Part shown: one piece after another, positions 1-8,681 of the stretch
Layout: each line of letters starts with the position of its first letter
How positions within the stretch are numbered: the first letter of the stretch is position 1
Assembly: GCA_035459845.1 (NCBI GenBank)
Contig: DATHXE010000632.1
Location: 1 to 52,382 of the forward strand
Source of the DNA: Tepidisphaeraceae bacterium
GTDB taxonomy: Bacteria > Planctomycetota > Phycisphaerae > Tepidisphaerales > Tepidisphaeraceae
Reading direction: 5' to 3'
DNA length: 52,382 nucleotides
Notes under the pieces: model-generated
What the model saw: the letters and a program-made list of their open reading frames with translations, nothing else
What the model was told of the DNA's origin: nothing
Databases searched by the model: none
Program-made: the position numbers and the translations under genes

Positions 1-1140
<1,140 letters not shown>

Positions 1141-1156
1141 TCGGATACCGACGGGC

Positions 1157-1178
1157 CAGTGGCACTTAAACGCCACTG
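1157..1178 (+). other. intercistronic 7-bp stem-loop between ctaD and ctaE
   Basis: cagtggc (1157-1163) pairs with gccactg (1172-1178) around the loop acttaaac. It lies between the ctaD stop (1140) and the ctaE start. Confidence 0.3.
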
Positions 1179-1181
1179 CCG

Positions 1182-2522
1182 GTGACGAACTCCCGACCGA
1201 CACTCCCTGACTTTTCTCAGGACGACATGAGCACCGCAGCGACCCCCCCCACGACCGAACACGGCCACGCCGACGCCCACGCCGGGAACGGCCACGGGCA
1301 CGGGCACAACCCGCACCTGGCCCACCACTTCGACACCCCGGAGCAGCAGTTCGCCTCGGGAAAGCTGGGCATCTGGCTGTTCCTGGCGACGGAAATCCTG
1401 ATGTTCGGCGGGCTGTTCTGCGCCTACTCGGTCTACCGCCACAACCACCCCGACGTCTTCTCGTTCGCCCACCACGCGCTCAACAAGTGGCTCGGCGGCA
1501 TCAACACGGTCGTGCTGATCGCGTCGTCGCTGACGATGGCGTGGGGCGTCCGGGCGGCCCAGCTCGGCAAGACGAAGCAGCTCGTCTGGTGCCTGGCCGC
1601 GACGATCCTCGGCGGGTACATCTTCATGGGGATCAAGGCGGTCGAGTACCGCGACAAGTGGGCGCACAACCTCGGCGCCGGTCGGGGCAACGAGTTCAAC
1701 CTGTCGGTCGCGGGCGGCGCGCTCGGGAAGGCCGAGACCAAGGCCGAGGGCGAAAAGGGCGGGATGATGCCCGCCGGCCCCGCCACGACCGACGCGAAGA
1801 AGTCGGACCACGAGGCCCCGGCGACGTCGTCGGTCCCGGGCCACTCGGCCAAGGTCGAACACGCCGGTCACACGGCCAAGCCCGCCGCCGCCACCAGCCA
1901 GCCGATCGCCGCCGTCGCCGACCCGAACGCGGGCACGCCCGACGCCTCCCTGATCCGCCCGCCGGGGTACGTCCCGGGCGGGATGTCCGCCGCGGTCGCC
2001 GCCCGGCACGCCGCCGCCCACGCCGCCGACGCCCATCACGAGATCCACGTCGACCGCGAGGCCGACATGTATCTGAAGATGGGTCACCTCGACCAGCAGC
2101 GCGTCTACACGTTCTTCCAGACCTACTTCGTCATGACCGGGCTGCACGGCATCCACGTGCTCGTCGGCATGGCCCTGATCTTCTGGATCCTGCTGCGGGC
2201 TGTCGGCAAGCCGAACCGCGGGTGGGTGTTGCCGCTCGGGTTCGTCTCGGTCAGTGCATTCCTGTTCTACCTCGTGCTGATCCTGAAGAACGAGCACACG
2301 GCCGAGGCGATGAAGACGCTCAGCCTGATCGGGTGGATCTCCCTGGCGGTGTTCGGCCTGTGGTTCGTGGTGGCCTACATGCGGGCCAAGGCGGCGCGGA
2401 TGGCCCCGCAGCCGGAGTTCGGGCCCGAGTACTTCACCCCGGTCGACCTGGTCGGGCTGTACTGGCACATCGTCGACCTGATCTGGATCTTCCTGTTCCC
2501 GCTGCTGTACCTGATCCACTAA
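1182..2522 (+). CDS. ctaE: cytochrome c oxidase subunit III with a His-rich N-terminus and a large low-complexity insertion
   Basis: Contains the subunit III signatures HHFDTPEQQ..GKLGIWLFLATEILMFGGLF, YFVMTGLHGIHVLVG and GLYWHIVDLIWIFLFPLLYL. The start is GTG at 1182 or ATG at 1227. Confidence 0.9.
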   Translation: MTNSRPTLPDFSQDDMSTAATPPTTEHGHADAHAGNGHGHGHNPHLAHHFDTPEQQFASGKLGIWLFLATEILMFGGLFCAYSVYRHNHPDVFSFAHHALNKWLGGINTVVLIASSLTMAWGVRAAQLGKTKQLVWCLAATILGGYIFMGIKAVEYRDKWAHNLGAGRGNEFNLSVAGGALGKAETKAEGEKGGMMPAGPATTDAKKSDHEAPATSSVPGHSAKVEHAGHTAKPAAATSQPIAAVADPNAGTPDASLIRPPGYVPGGMSAAVAARHAAAHAADAHHEIHVDREADMYLKMGHLDQQRVYTFFQTYFVMTGLHGIHVLVGMALIFWILLRAVGKPNRGWVLPLGFVSVSAFLFYLVLILKNEHTAEAMKTLSLIGWISLAVFGLWFVVAYMRAKAARMAPQPEFGPEYFTPVDLVGLYWHIVDLIWIFLFPLLYLIH

Positions 2523-2568
2523 TCACCCCCCGCGTGGACCCGTCGAGCCCGAGGCCGGCGGAAATCGA

Positions 2569-2997
2569 ATGACTCTGCAGACCCCGGACGAACCCATGGC
2601 CCACGTCGATCAAGGACAGTCCTTCTTGCAAGCCAAAGCCCACAACCCCGCGAACGTGCACGCCCAGGGGCACACGCACGTGGTGCCGCCGAAGATCCTG
2701 TTCGGCACGTTCGCCGCCCTGCTCGTGCTGACGGTGATCACGGTCGCGGTCACGCTGGTCGACCTGGGCCCGCTGAACATCTGGGTCGCGCTGATCGTGG
2801 CCGTGGTCAAGGCCGCGCTGGTCGCGCTCTACTTCATGCACCTGCGGTGGGACGCCCCGTTCAACGCGCTGATCCTCGTTTCGGCCCTGTTCTTCGTCGC
2901 GATCATGATCGGGACGACGATCCTGGACACGAAGGAGTACCGCCCGAACTACGACCCGCCGCGCAGCGGGCAGTCGATGTCAGGCAGCCAGCCGTAA
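2569..2997 (+). CDS. prokaryotic cytochrome c oxidase subunit IV family protein (caa3 type)
   Basis: A small three-TM protein immediately after ctaE. It carries the family motif VVKAALVALYFMHLRWD. Confidence 0.85.
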   Translation: MTLQTPDEPMAHVDQGQSFLQAKAHNPANVHAQGHTHVVPPKILFGTFAALLVLTVITVAVTLVDLGPLNIWVALIVAVVKAALVALYFMHLRWDAPFNALILVSALFFVAIMIGTTILDTKEYRPNYDPPRSGQSMSGSQP

Positions 2998-3027
2998 CGG
3001 CGCGCCCGCACGATGAAATACAAGAGG

Positions 3028-3052
3028 AAACCCCGGACCGCCGGGGTTTTTT
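3028..3052 (+). terminator. Rho-independent terminator of the cox operon
   Basis: Sequence aaaCCCCGGaccgCCGGGGtttttt: a GC stem followed by a T6 run, 30 nt after the subunit IV stop. Confidence 0.7.
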
Positions 3053-3172
3053 CACGTCCGGCGCGCGTAGAATCGCGGGCCGGATACAAGCCCGGACGGC
3101 CCCGCGTGTCGCGGGAATCCGGCTCCGCAGCAGTCGGCTTGACGGGGGAAATCACGAGGATCGAGATCAGCG

Positions 3173-3853
3173 ATGTCCACCGCGCCCAACGACCCCCCTG
3201 CCGACGACCAGCGACCCGACGTCCCCGCGCTGCGCCCGCCCGCGGGCGCGAAGCGGACGCTCGGGACGTTCGGGATGTGGCTGTTCCTGGCCGCCCTGTT
3301 CATGTTGTTCGGGGCGACCATGGTCGGGTACGTGATCATTCGGCACCAGGCGAGCATCCCCAGCGACGTGAAGCTCGTGAGCACCGGCAAGCCGCGGCCG
3401 ACCGTCCCGCTGGACACGCTCCACTTCCCCGCAACGCTCTGGGTCAGCACGGCCCTGGTGATCGGGGTGAGTTTCGCGATGACGGCCGCCCACGCCTACT
3501 TTCGCCGCGGGCTCCAGCAGCCGTACCGCAAGGCCTTGATCGCCGCGCTCGCGCTGGCGGCCGGGTTCGTCACCGTCCAGACCCCGGCGATGATCCAACT
3601 GCTGACGGCCAACAAGGCCGCCCTGGGCCTGGCCGACCGCCACCACTTCTACATGCTCGTGTTCTTCATGGTGCTCCTGCACGCCCTGCACGTGCTGGGG
3701 GGAATGGTCGCGCTGACGCGGTTGGCCCTCCGCTCGCAGCACGGCGGGTACGACCCGGCCAACGCAGACCCGGTCACCACGGTGGGGATGTACTGGCACT
3801 TCCTCGACCTGATCTGGCTCGCGATGTTCGGGACGTTCATCCTGATGAAGTAG
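3173..3853 (+). CDS. second heme-copper oxidase subunit III-like protein
   Basis: Shows GMWLFLAALFMLFGATMVGY at the N-terminus, then LLHALHVLGGMVAL and GMYWHFLDLIWLAMFGTF at the C-terminus, which are subunit III family signatures. A GAGGA lies 13 nt upstream of the ATG. Confidence 0.8.
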   Translation: MSTAPNDPPADDQRPDVPALRPPAGAKRTLGTFGMWLFLAALFMLFGATMVGYVIIRHQASIPSDVKLVSTGKPRPTVPLDTLHFPATLWVSTALVIGVSFAMTAAHAYFRRGLQQPYRKALIAALALAAGFVTVQTPAMIQLLTANKAALGLADRHHFYMLVFFMVLLHALHVLGGMVALTRLALRSQHGGYDPANADPVTTVGMYWHFLDLIWLAMFGTFILMK

Positions 3854-3867
3854 TGCGGAGCGGGAGT

Positions 3868-3934
3868 AAACGAAAAGACGAAAAGACGTAAGGGTCACCG
3901 ACACTTCCCTTACGTTTTTCGTCTTTTCGTTTTT
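3868..3934. repeat. low-GC hairpin made of tandem CGAAAAGA units (about 27-bp stem, 12-nt loop)
   Basis: aaacgaaaagacgaaaagacgtaaggg (3868-3894) is the reverse complement of cccttacgtttttcgtcttttcgttt (3907-3933) with one mismatch. It is homologous to the element at 22068-22167. Confidence 0.8.
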
Positions 3935-4020
3935 GCCTGCTCTCCCGCCCATCGCGCGCTCCGGATTGGCGCAACTCCCCCCTCCCGGTCGATAACTCCT
4001 GTCGGGTCATCGCGCACCCG

Positions 4021-4512
4021 TTGCGCCCGTGCGCGCAGGTTTTGACTGGAGGGATCCGCGTGGCAGGTCCGATAACAGTACGGTTACGCAAGCTCCCCGG
4101 GGCGGTGGACGTTCCGCTGCCCCGATTCGCGACCGAGCACGCCGCCGGCGCCGATTTGCACGCCGCCGTCGCCCGGCCCGTGACGCTGGCGCCCGGCGAG
4201 ATCCGGCTGATCCCGTGCGGGTTCGCGATGGCGCTGCCGCCGGGGTACGAGGCCCAGGTCCGGCCGCGATCGGGTTTGTCGTCCAAGCACGGGATCGCGC
4301 CGGTGAATACGCCCGGCACGATCGACGCGGACTACCGCGGGGAGGTGCAAGTGCCCCTGATCAACCACGGCAAAGTTCCGTTCGCCGTCGAGCCGGGCAT
4401 GCGGGTCGCGCAGATGGTGATCGCGGCGGTGCCGGCGGTCGTGTTCGCAGAGGTCGAGGAACTGGACGACACTGCGCGAGGCGCCGGCGGGTTCGGACAC
4501 ACCGGGGCTTAA
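4021..4512 (+). CDS. dut: dUTP diphosphatase
   Basis: Contains the dUTPase motifs [22 protein letters not shown] and [10 protein letters not shown]. The track start is TTG at 4021, but GTG at 4060 fits the usual length better. Confidence 0.93.
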   Translation: MRPCAQVLTGGIRVAGPITVRLRKLPGAVDVPLPRFATEHAAGADLHAAVARPVTLAPGEIRLIPCGFAMALPPGYEAQVRPRSGLSSKHGIAPVNTPGTIDADYRGEVQVPLINHGKVPFAVEPGMRVAQMVIAAVPAVVFAEVEELDDTARGAGGFGHTGA

Positions 4513-4659
4513 GGAAAGGATCAAGGAGGAAGGATGAAGGATGAGAAAGACGAAATCGGAAGCAGCGCGGGCGACGTCGTGAGTTCTTGGGACGGGTGAC
4601 GCCGGCAAGCCCGGACGGTCGCTTTCATCCTCCATCCTTCTGCCTTCATCCTTCGATCC
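4511..4659. repeat. imperfect inverted repeat: a purine-rich GAAGGAT-repeat arm and a pyrimidine-rich complement around a GC-rich spacer
   Basis: Left arm: aaggaaaggatcaaggaggaaggatgaaggatgagaaagacg. Right arm: ctttcatcctccatccttctgccttcatccttcgatccc. The element spans exactly from the dut stop to 2 nt before the ftsK ATG. Confidence 0.6.
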
Positions 4660-4660
4660 C

Positions 4661-7495
4661 ATGGACCACCCCAGCATGCTCCGCCGCGTCGTGTTCGTCG
4701 TGTTCGCCGGCGTGTGGCTGTTCTTCCTGCTCGCCCTGGGCAGTTTCCAGCCGACCGACTGGCCGAGCCACGCCGTCTTCCCGTACGGTCCTGTCAGGAA
4801 CGTCTGCGGCGCCGCCGGATCGTTCACGGCGTACCACCTCTACACGATCCTGGGGCAGGGCGTGATCCCCCTGCTGTTCTTCTCCGGCGTGTGCATCGCG
4901 CTGTTCGCGTACGGCAACCGCGTGAGCGACTTGTGGCTCCGCCTGATCGGCCTGAGCCTGCTGGCGGTCGCGTTCGCGGCGGTCGTGCACCTGATCCGGC
5001 CCGGGTCGGCGTCCGGCCTGCCCGAAGGCAACGGCGGCATCCTCGGAATCGGGGCGGCCGAGTTCCTCCGCGCCCGGTGCAACGGGCTGCTTACCGCGTT
5101 GATTCTCGTGTGCACGTTCGTGGTCGGCCTACTGCTCTGTGCAGATGATTTGGTCGTCCGCGCGCCGGGCGTGATCGGCAAGTGTGTCCGCACCGTCCGC
5201 GACCGCGCCCCCGCGATCGGCGAGCGTTTGGGCAGCATCCGCATGCCGCAGTTCCCGCGCCTGTTGCCCGTCCCGCGGCCGGTCGACACGGATGTGGACG
5301 ACGTTCGTCCCGTGCGGACCGGGCCGATCTCGCGCGTCACGACCGACGATGTCGACGGCATGGACGAGGACGACGACGCGCCGGCGGTCATCCCCGCGTC
5401 GCGCCGCCTGCCCGCCGGCCGGCCCGAGCCGGTCAAGGCCCGCCGGGCCCTCAAGGGCGGCGACCCGTCGGACGAGATCCGCCTCGAGTACGACAACGAC
5501 GCGCCCGTCACCGCCGCCGAGGATTCCGCCTGGCGCGACGACGAAGACCCCGCCCCGGCCGCCCCCGCGACGATCCCGCCGCAAGTCCCTCGCCCGGCGG
5601 CAGTCGCCGTTGCCGAAGCGCCGGTCGCGAGCACGCCGACGGCCCGTCCCGCGCCGGTGATCAAGTCGGCCGCGTCGAAGATCGCCGCTGCCGGGAACGC
5701 CGGCCCGATGGTCGCCGCACCGATGGCCGGGCAGGCCATCCCGCCGGTGATGAAGGCGGTGCCGCCCGCCGTCGCCCAGCAGCCCCCGGTGCCACTGGAC
5801 GAACTGGGCGAGACCAGTGAGGACGAGGGCGAGACGGAGGAGTCGGACGACGATTACGAGACGCTCATCCAGGAGCACGCCGAGCACCTCGCCGCGCCGG
5901 CCGAAGGCGCGACTGCCGGCGGGGCCGCGCCGCTGTTCCGTGGGCCGCCGCCGTTCAAGCCGCGCACGCCGACCGCCCCGCCGCCCCCGAAGGAACTGGG
6001 CGCCTACACTCTGCCCGCGTGGGATTGCCTGGCCGAGGCCGAGCACGGGTACGCCGAGGCCCAGGAGCAGTTCGTCCGCGAGAAGGCGGCCGTCCTCGAG
6101 CAGGCGCTGGGCGAGTTCAACATCGACTCGCACGTCGTCGAGATCGACACCGGCCCGGTCATCACGATGTACGAGATCAGCCTGGCGCCCGGCATCAAGG
6201 TGTCCTCGATCACCGCGCTCCAGAACGACATCGCCCGCGCGCTGTCGGCGACCAGCGTCCGCATCGTCGCGCCCATCCCGGGCAAGAACACGGTCGGCAT
6301 CGAGGTCCCGAACAACGAGAAGGAAAAGGTCCGCCTGAAGGAGCTCATGCAGCTCGCCCCGGAGAACATGCGGAAGATGGCCATCCCGCTCTTCCTCGGG
6401 AAGGACGTCAGCGGCAACCCGCTGATCGTCGATTTGGCGAAGATGCCCCACTGCCTGATCGCCGGCACGACCGGGTCGGGCAAGTCGGTCTGCATCAACA
6501 CGATCATCATGTCGATCATGTACATGCAGCGGCCGGACCACGTGAAGCTGATCCTGGTCGACCCGAAGGTCGTCGAGATGGCCCCGTTCAAGGACATCCC
6601 GCACCTGCTCGCGCCGGTCATCAACGACGCGGCCAAGGCGATCAGCGTCCTGGAGTGGGCGTGCGAGAAGATGGACGAGCGGTACGAGCTGCTGGCCGAG
6701 GCGGGCGTGCGGTCGATCGCCCAGTACAACCAGATGACGCGGGACGAGCTGATCGAGCGCTTCCAGCCGGGCTCGCCCGAAGAGGAAGCCAAGATCCCCA
6801 AGTTCCTGCCGTACTGGGTGATCATCATCGACGAGCTGGCCGACCTGATGATGAACGGCGGCAAGGAGTGCGAGGCGTTCGTCGTCCGCCTGGCGCAGAA
6901 GGCCCGGGCCGTCGGCATCCACCTGATCGTCGCCACCCAGCGCCCGCAGGCGAGCGTGGTCACGGGCCTGATCAAGGCGAACCTGCCGAGCAAGATCGCG
7001 TTCCGCGTCAACACGCGCATGGACAGCCGGATCGTGATCGACCAGAACGGGGCCGAGCTGCTGCTAGGCTACGGCGACATGCTGTACCTCGACCCGACCA
7101 AGCCCAAGCCGATCCGCTCGCAGGGGACGTACATCGACGACAAAGAAGTGAAGGACTCGGTCAAGATCGTCCGGTCGGCGGCCGAGGCGCAGTACGAGCC
7201 CGAGCTCGTGCAGATCAAGGCCAAGTTCAACTCCGAGGACATGAAGAACGACGACATGTTCGACGACGCCGTGAAGGTCGTCCTGGAGACCAAGCGGGGC
7301 AGCGTGTCGCTCCTGCAGCGGCGGCTGAACATCGGCTACGGCCGGGCCGCCAAGCTGATCGAGATGATGGCGCAGGCCGGTCTGGTCGGCGAGTACAAGG
7401 GCACGCAGAGCCGCGAGGCCACGATCTCGCTCGAGGAGTGGGAGCAGATGAAGGCCCAGCAGGCCGCCGACGAGGAGAGCGGGATGACGGTGTAG
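4661..7495 (+). CDS. ftsK: DNA translocase FtsK/SpoIIIE
   Basis: Has N-terminal TM helices, a long Pro/Ala-rich linker and a motor domain with Walker A GTTGSGKS and Walker B VIIIDELADL. A C-terminal gamma winged-helix is present (SLLQRRLNIGYGRAAKLIEMM). Confidence 0.95.
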   Translation: MDHPSMLRRVVFVVFAGVWLFFLLALGSFQPTDWPSHAVFPYGPVRNVCGAAGSFTAYHLYTILGQGVIPLLFFSGVCIALFAYGNRVSDLWLRLIGLSLLAVAFAAVVHLIRPGSASGLPEGNGGILGIGAAEFLRARCNGLLTALILVCTFVVGLLLCADDLVVRAPGVIGKCVRTVRDRAPAIGERLGSIRMPQFPRLLPVPRPVDTDVDDVRPVRTGPISRVTTDDVDGMDEDDDAPAVIPASRRLPAGRPEPVKARRALKGGDPSDEIRLEYDNDAPVTAAEDSAWRDDEDPAPAAPATIPPQVPRPAAVAVAEAPVASTPTARPAPVIKSAASKIAAAGNAGPMVAAPMAGQAIPPVMKAVPPAVAQQPPVPLDELGETSEDEGETEESDDDYETLIQEHAEHLAAPAEGATAGGAAPLFRGPPPFKPRTPTAPPPPKELGAYTLPAWDCLAEAEHGYAEAQEQFVREKAAVLEQALGEFNIDSHVVEIDTGPVITMYEISLAPGIKVSSITALQNDIARALSATSVRIVAPIPGKNTVGIEVPNNEKEKVRLKELMQLAPENMRKMAIPLFLGKDVSGNPLIVDLAKMPHCLIAGTTGSGKSVCINTIIMSIMYMQRPDHVKLILVDPKVVEMAPFKDIPHLLAPVINDAAKAISVLEWACEKMDERYELLAEAGVRSIAQYNQMTRDELIERFQPGSPEEEAKIPKFLPYWVIIIDELADLMMNGGKECEAFVVRLAQKARAVGIHLIVATQRPQASVVTGLIKANLPSKIAFRVNTRMDSRIVIDQNGAELLLGYGDMLYLDPTKPKPIRSQGTYIDDKEVKDSVKIVRSAAEAQYEPELVQIKAKFNSEDMKNDDMFDDAVKVVLETKRGSVSLLQRRLNIGYGRAAKLIEMMAQAGLVGEYKGTQSREATISLEEWEQMKAQQAADEESGMTV

Positions 7496-7642
7496 CGCGG
7501 CCCGCGCGGGCCGGTCGCGCGAGCGTGCCGCTTGCGGCTTCGCCCCGCTCCCTTGCCCTCTAAACTTCTCCACACGCCCCCGGTAACATGTGTGCCGCGC
7601 GCCGATCCCGGCGCGCCGACCCCGAGACCCCGGAGACGTGAG

Positions 7643-8515
7643 ATGCCTAACGTGCGGCGATGTTCCGCCCTAACCGCAGTCTTCTTAGGCGCCATCGCGC
7701 TCACGGCTTTCCCCGTGTCGAGCGCGCCCAAGCCCGCCGACGACCCGCCCGAGATCCGCTACAAGTCCCACATCGAAGACGCCCTCGACCGCGCCCGCGC
7801 GCTCCGCGATTCGGTCGGCGGCATGGAGGCCGACCAGTCCCGGTTCATCGCGTTCATCCGCGCCGACCTGGCTAAGTACCGCGACGTGTGCGAGGTCGAG
7901 GCGAAGGTGTTCGAGAAGATCGCCGCGACCTACAAGACCGGCGACCTCGAGGCCGTCCGCAAGTTGCGGGTGGAGGGCGAGAAGATCGAGCGCGGCCGGC
8001 TCGTTTGGAAGGTGCGGATCAATGAGATCCGGGTCAAGCAGGCGACGGCCGCCCCGACCGAGGCGTCGTACGTCGAGGAGACGCGGTGGATCCCGGCGGG
8101 GGTGGTGCCGGATTTGGACCGCCTGGTCGATGCCAAGCGCGCCGCCTCCGAGGCTTGGGCCCGCGCCGCCGAGGCGATGACGCCTGACGGCGACCCCGAC
8201 GCCGCCAACGTCGCGCGCGAGGCCGCGTATACCTCCGACGCCGAGCGCGAGATCGCCCAGTGGCGGTTCGAGGCCGCCCTGTACCGCGAGCGGATCGCCG
8301 CCGACAAGACCGTTTCGTCGGACGACATGGCCAGGGCCGTCGAGCGGCTCAAAGTCATCATGGCCAAGCGGGAAACCGTCCGGCGCGAGCAGATCGCCCG
8401 CGAGCGGCAGGAGCGCGAGAACGAGCGAGACTGGAACCTCGCCCAGCGGGCGTACCGCGAGGCGTACGACGCGGCCGTCCTCGAGCGCAACCGGCAAAAG
8501 GCGGCGCAGCGGTGA
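7643..8515 (+). CDS. hypothetical secreted, predominantly helical/coiled-coil protein
   Basis: An internal ATG at 7643 gives a signal-like N-terminus (CSALTAVFLGAIALTAFPVSSA). The rest is charged and helical (RERQERENERDW). Codon usage is typical of the locus. No family was recognised. Confidence 0.6.
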   Translation: MPNVRRCSALTAVFLGAIALTAFPVSSAPKPADDPPEIRYKSHIEDALDRARALRDSVGGMEADQSRFIAFIRADLAKYRDVCEVEAKVFEKIAATYKTGDLEAVRKLRVEGEKIERGRLVWKVRINEIRVKQATAAPTEASYVEETRWIPAGVVPDLDRLVDAKRAASEAWARAAEAMTPDGDPDAANVAREAAYTSDAEREIAQWRFEAALYRERIAADKTVSSDDMARAVERLKVIMAKRETVRREQIARERQERENERDWNLAQRAYREAYDAAVLERNRQKAAQR

Positions 8516-8538
8516 TCGACGTGCGCCCGTCCCCTCGT

Positions 8539-8647
8539 GGCATGGGTACCGCCCGCAGGGCGATACCCGTGTTCTGCGCCCGTCATCGCAAACGCGCTCC
8601 CCTGCGGGCGGCGCTGTCGCTTGCCCTACGGGTCGCGGCTAAACGAG
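8539..8647 (+). repeat. GC-rich dispersed intergenic element, copy 1 (hairpin module plus about 50-nt core)
   Basis: Hairpin module: ggcatgggtaccgcccgcagggcgatacccgtg. Core: cgcgctcccctgcgggcggcgctgtcgcttgccctacgggtcgcggctaaacgag. The core is near-identical to 19598-19652. Confidence 0.75.
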
Positions 8648-8681
8648 GCCCTCGATTGCATCTTCACTTTTGACTTTTGAC

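Noticed and set aside
4534-4599. A 21-codon sORF (MKDEKDEIGSSAGDVVSSWDG) preceded by AAGGAGG in the dut-ftsK spacer.
   Set aside because: The SD-like string and the ATG are by-products of the GAAGGAT repeat arm, and the SD-ATG spacing is only 3 nt. There is no independent support for translation.
8593-8647. The GC-rich repeat core as a tRNA or tRNA-like gene, given its multi-stem, cloverleaf-like appearance.
   Set aside because: It is only about 50 nt, has no T-loop GTTCRANNC box or D-loop signature, and is present in multiple near-identical copies in both orientations.
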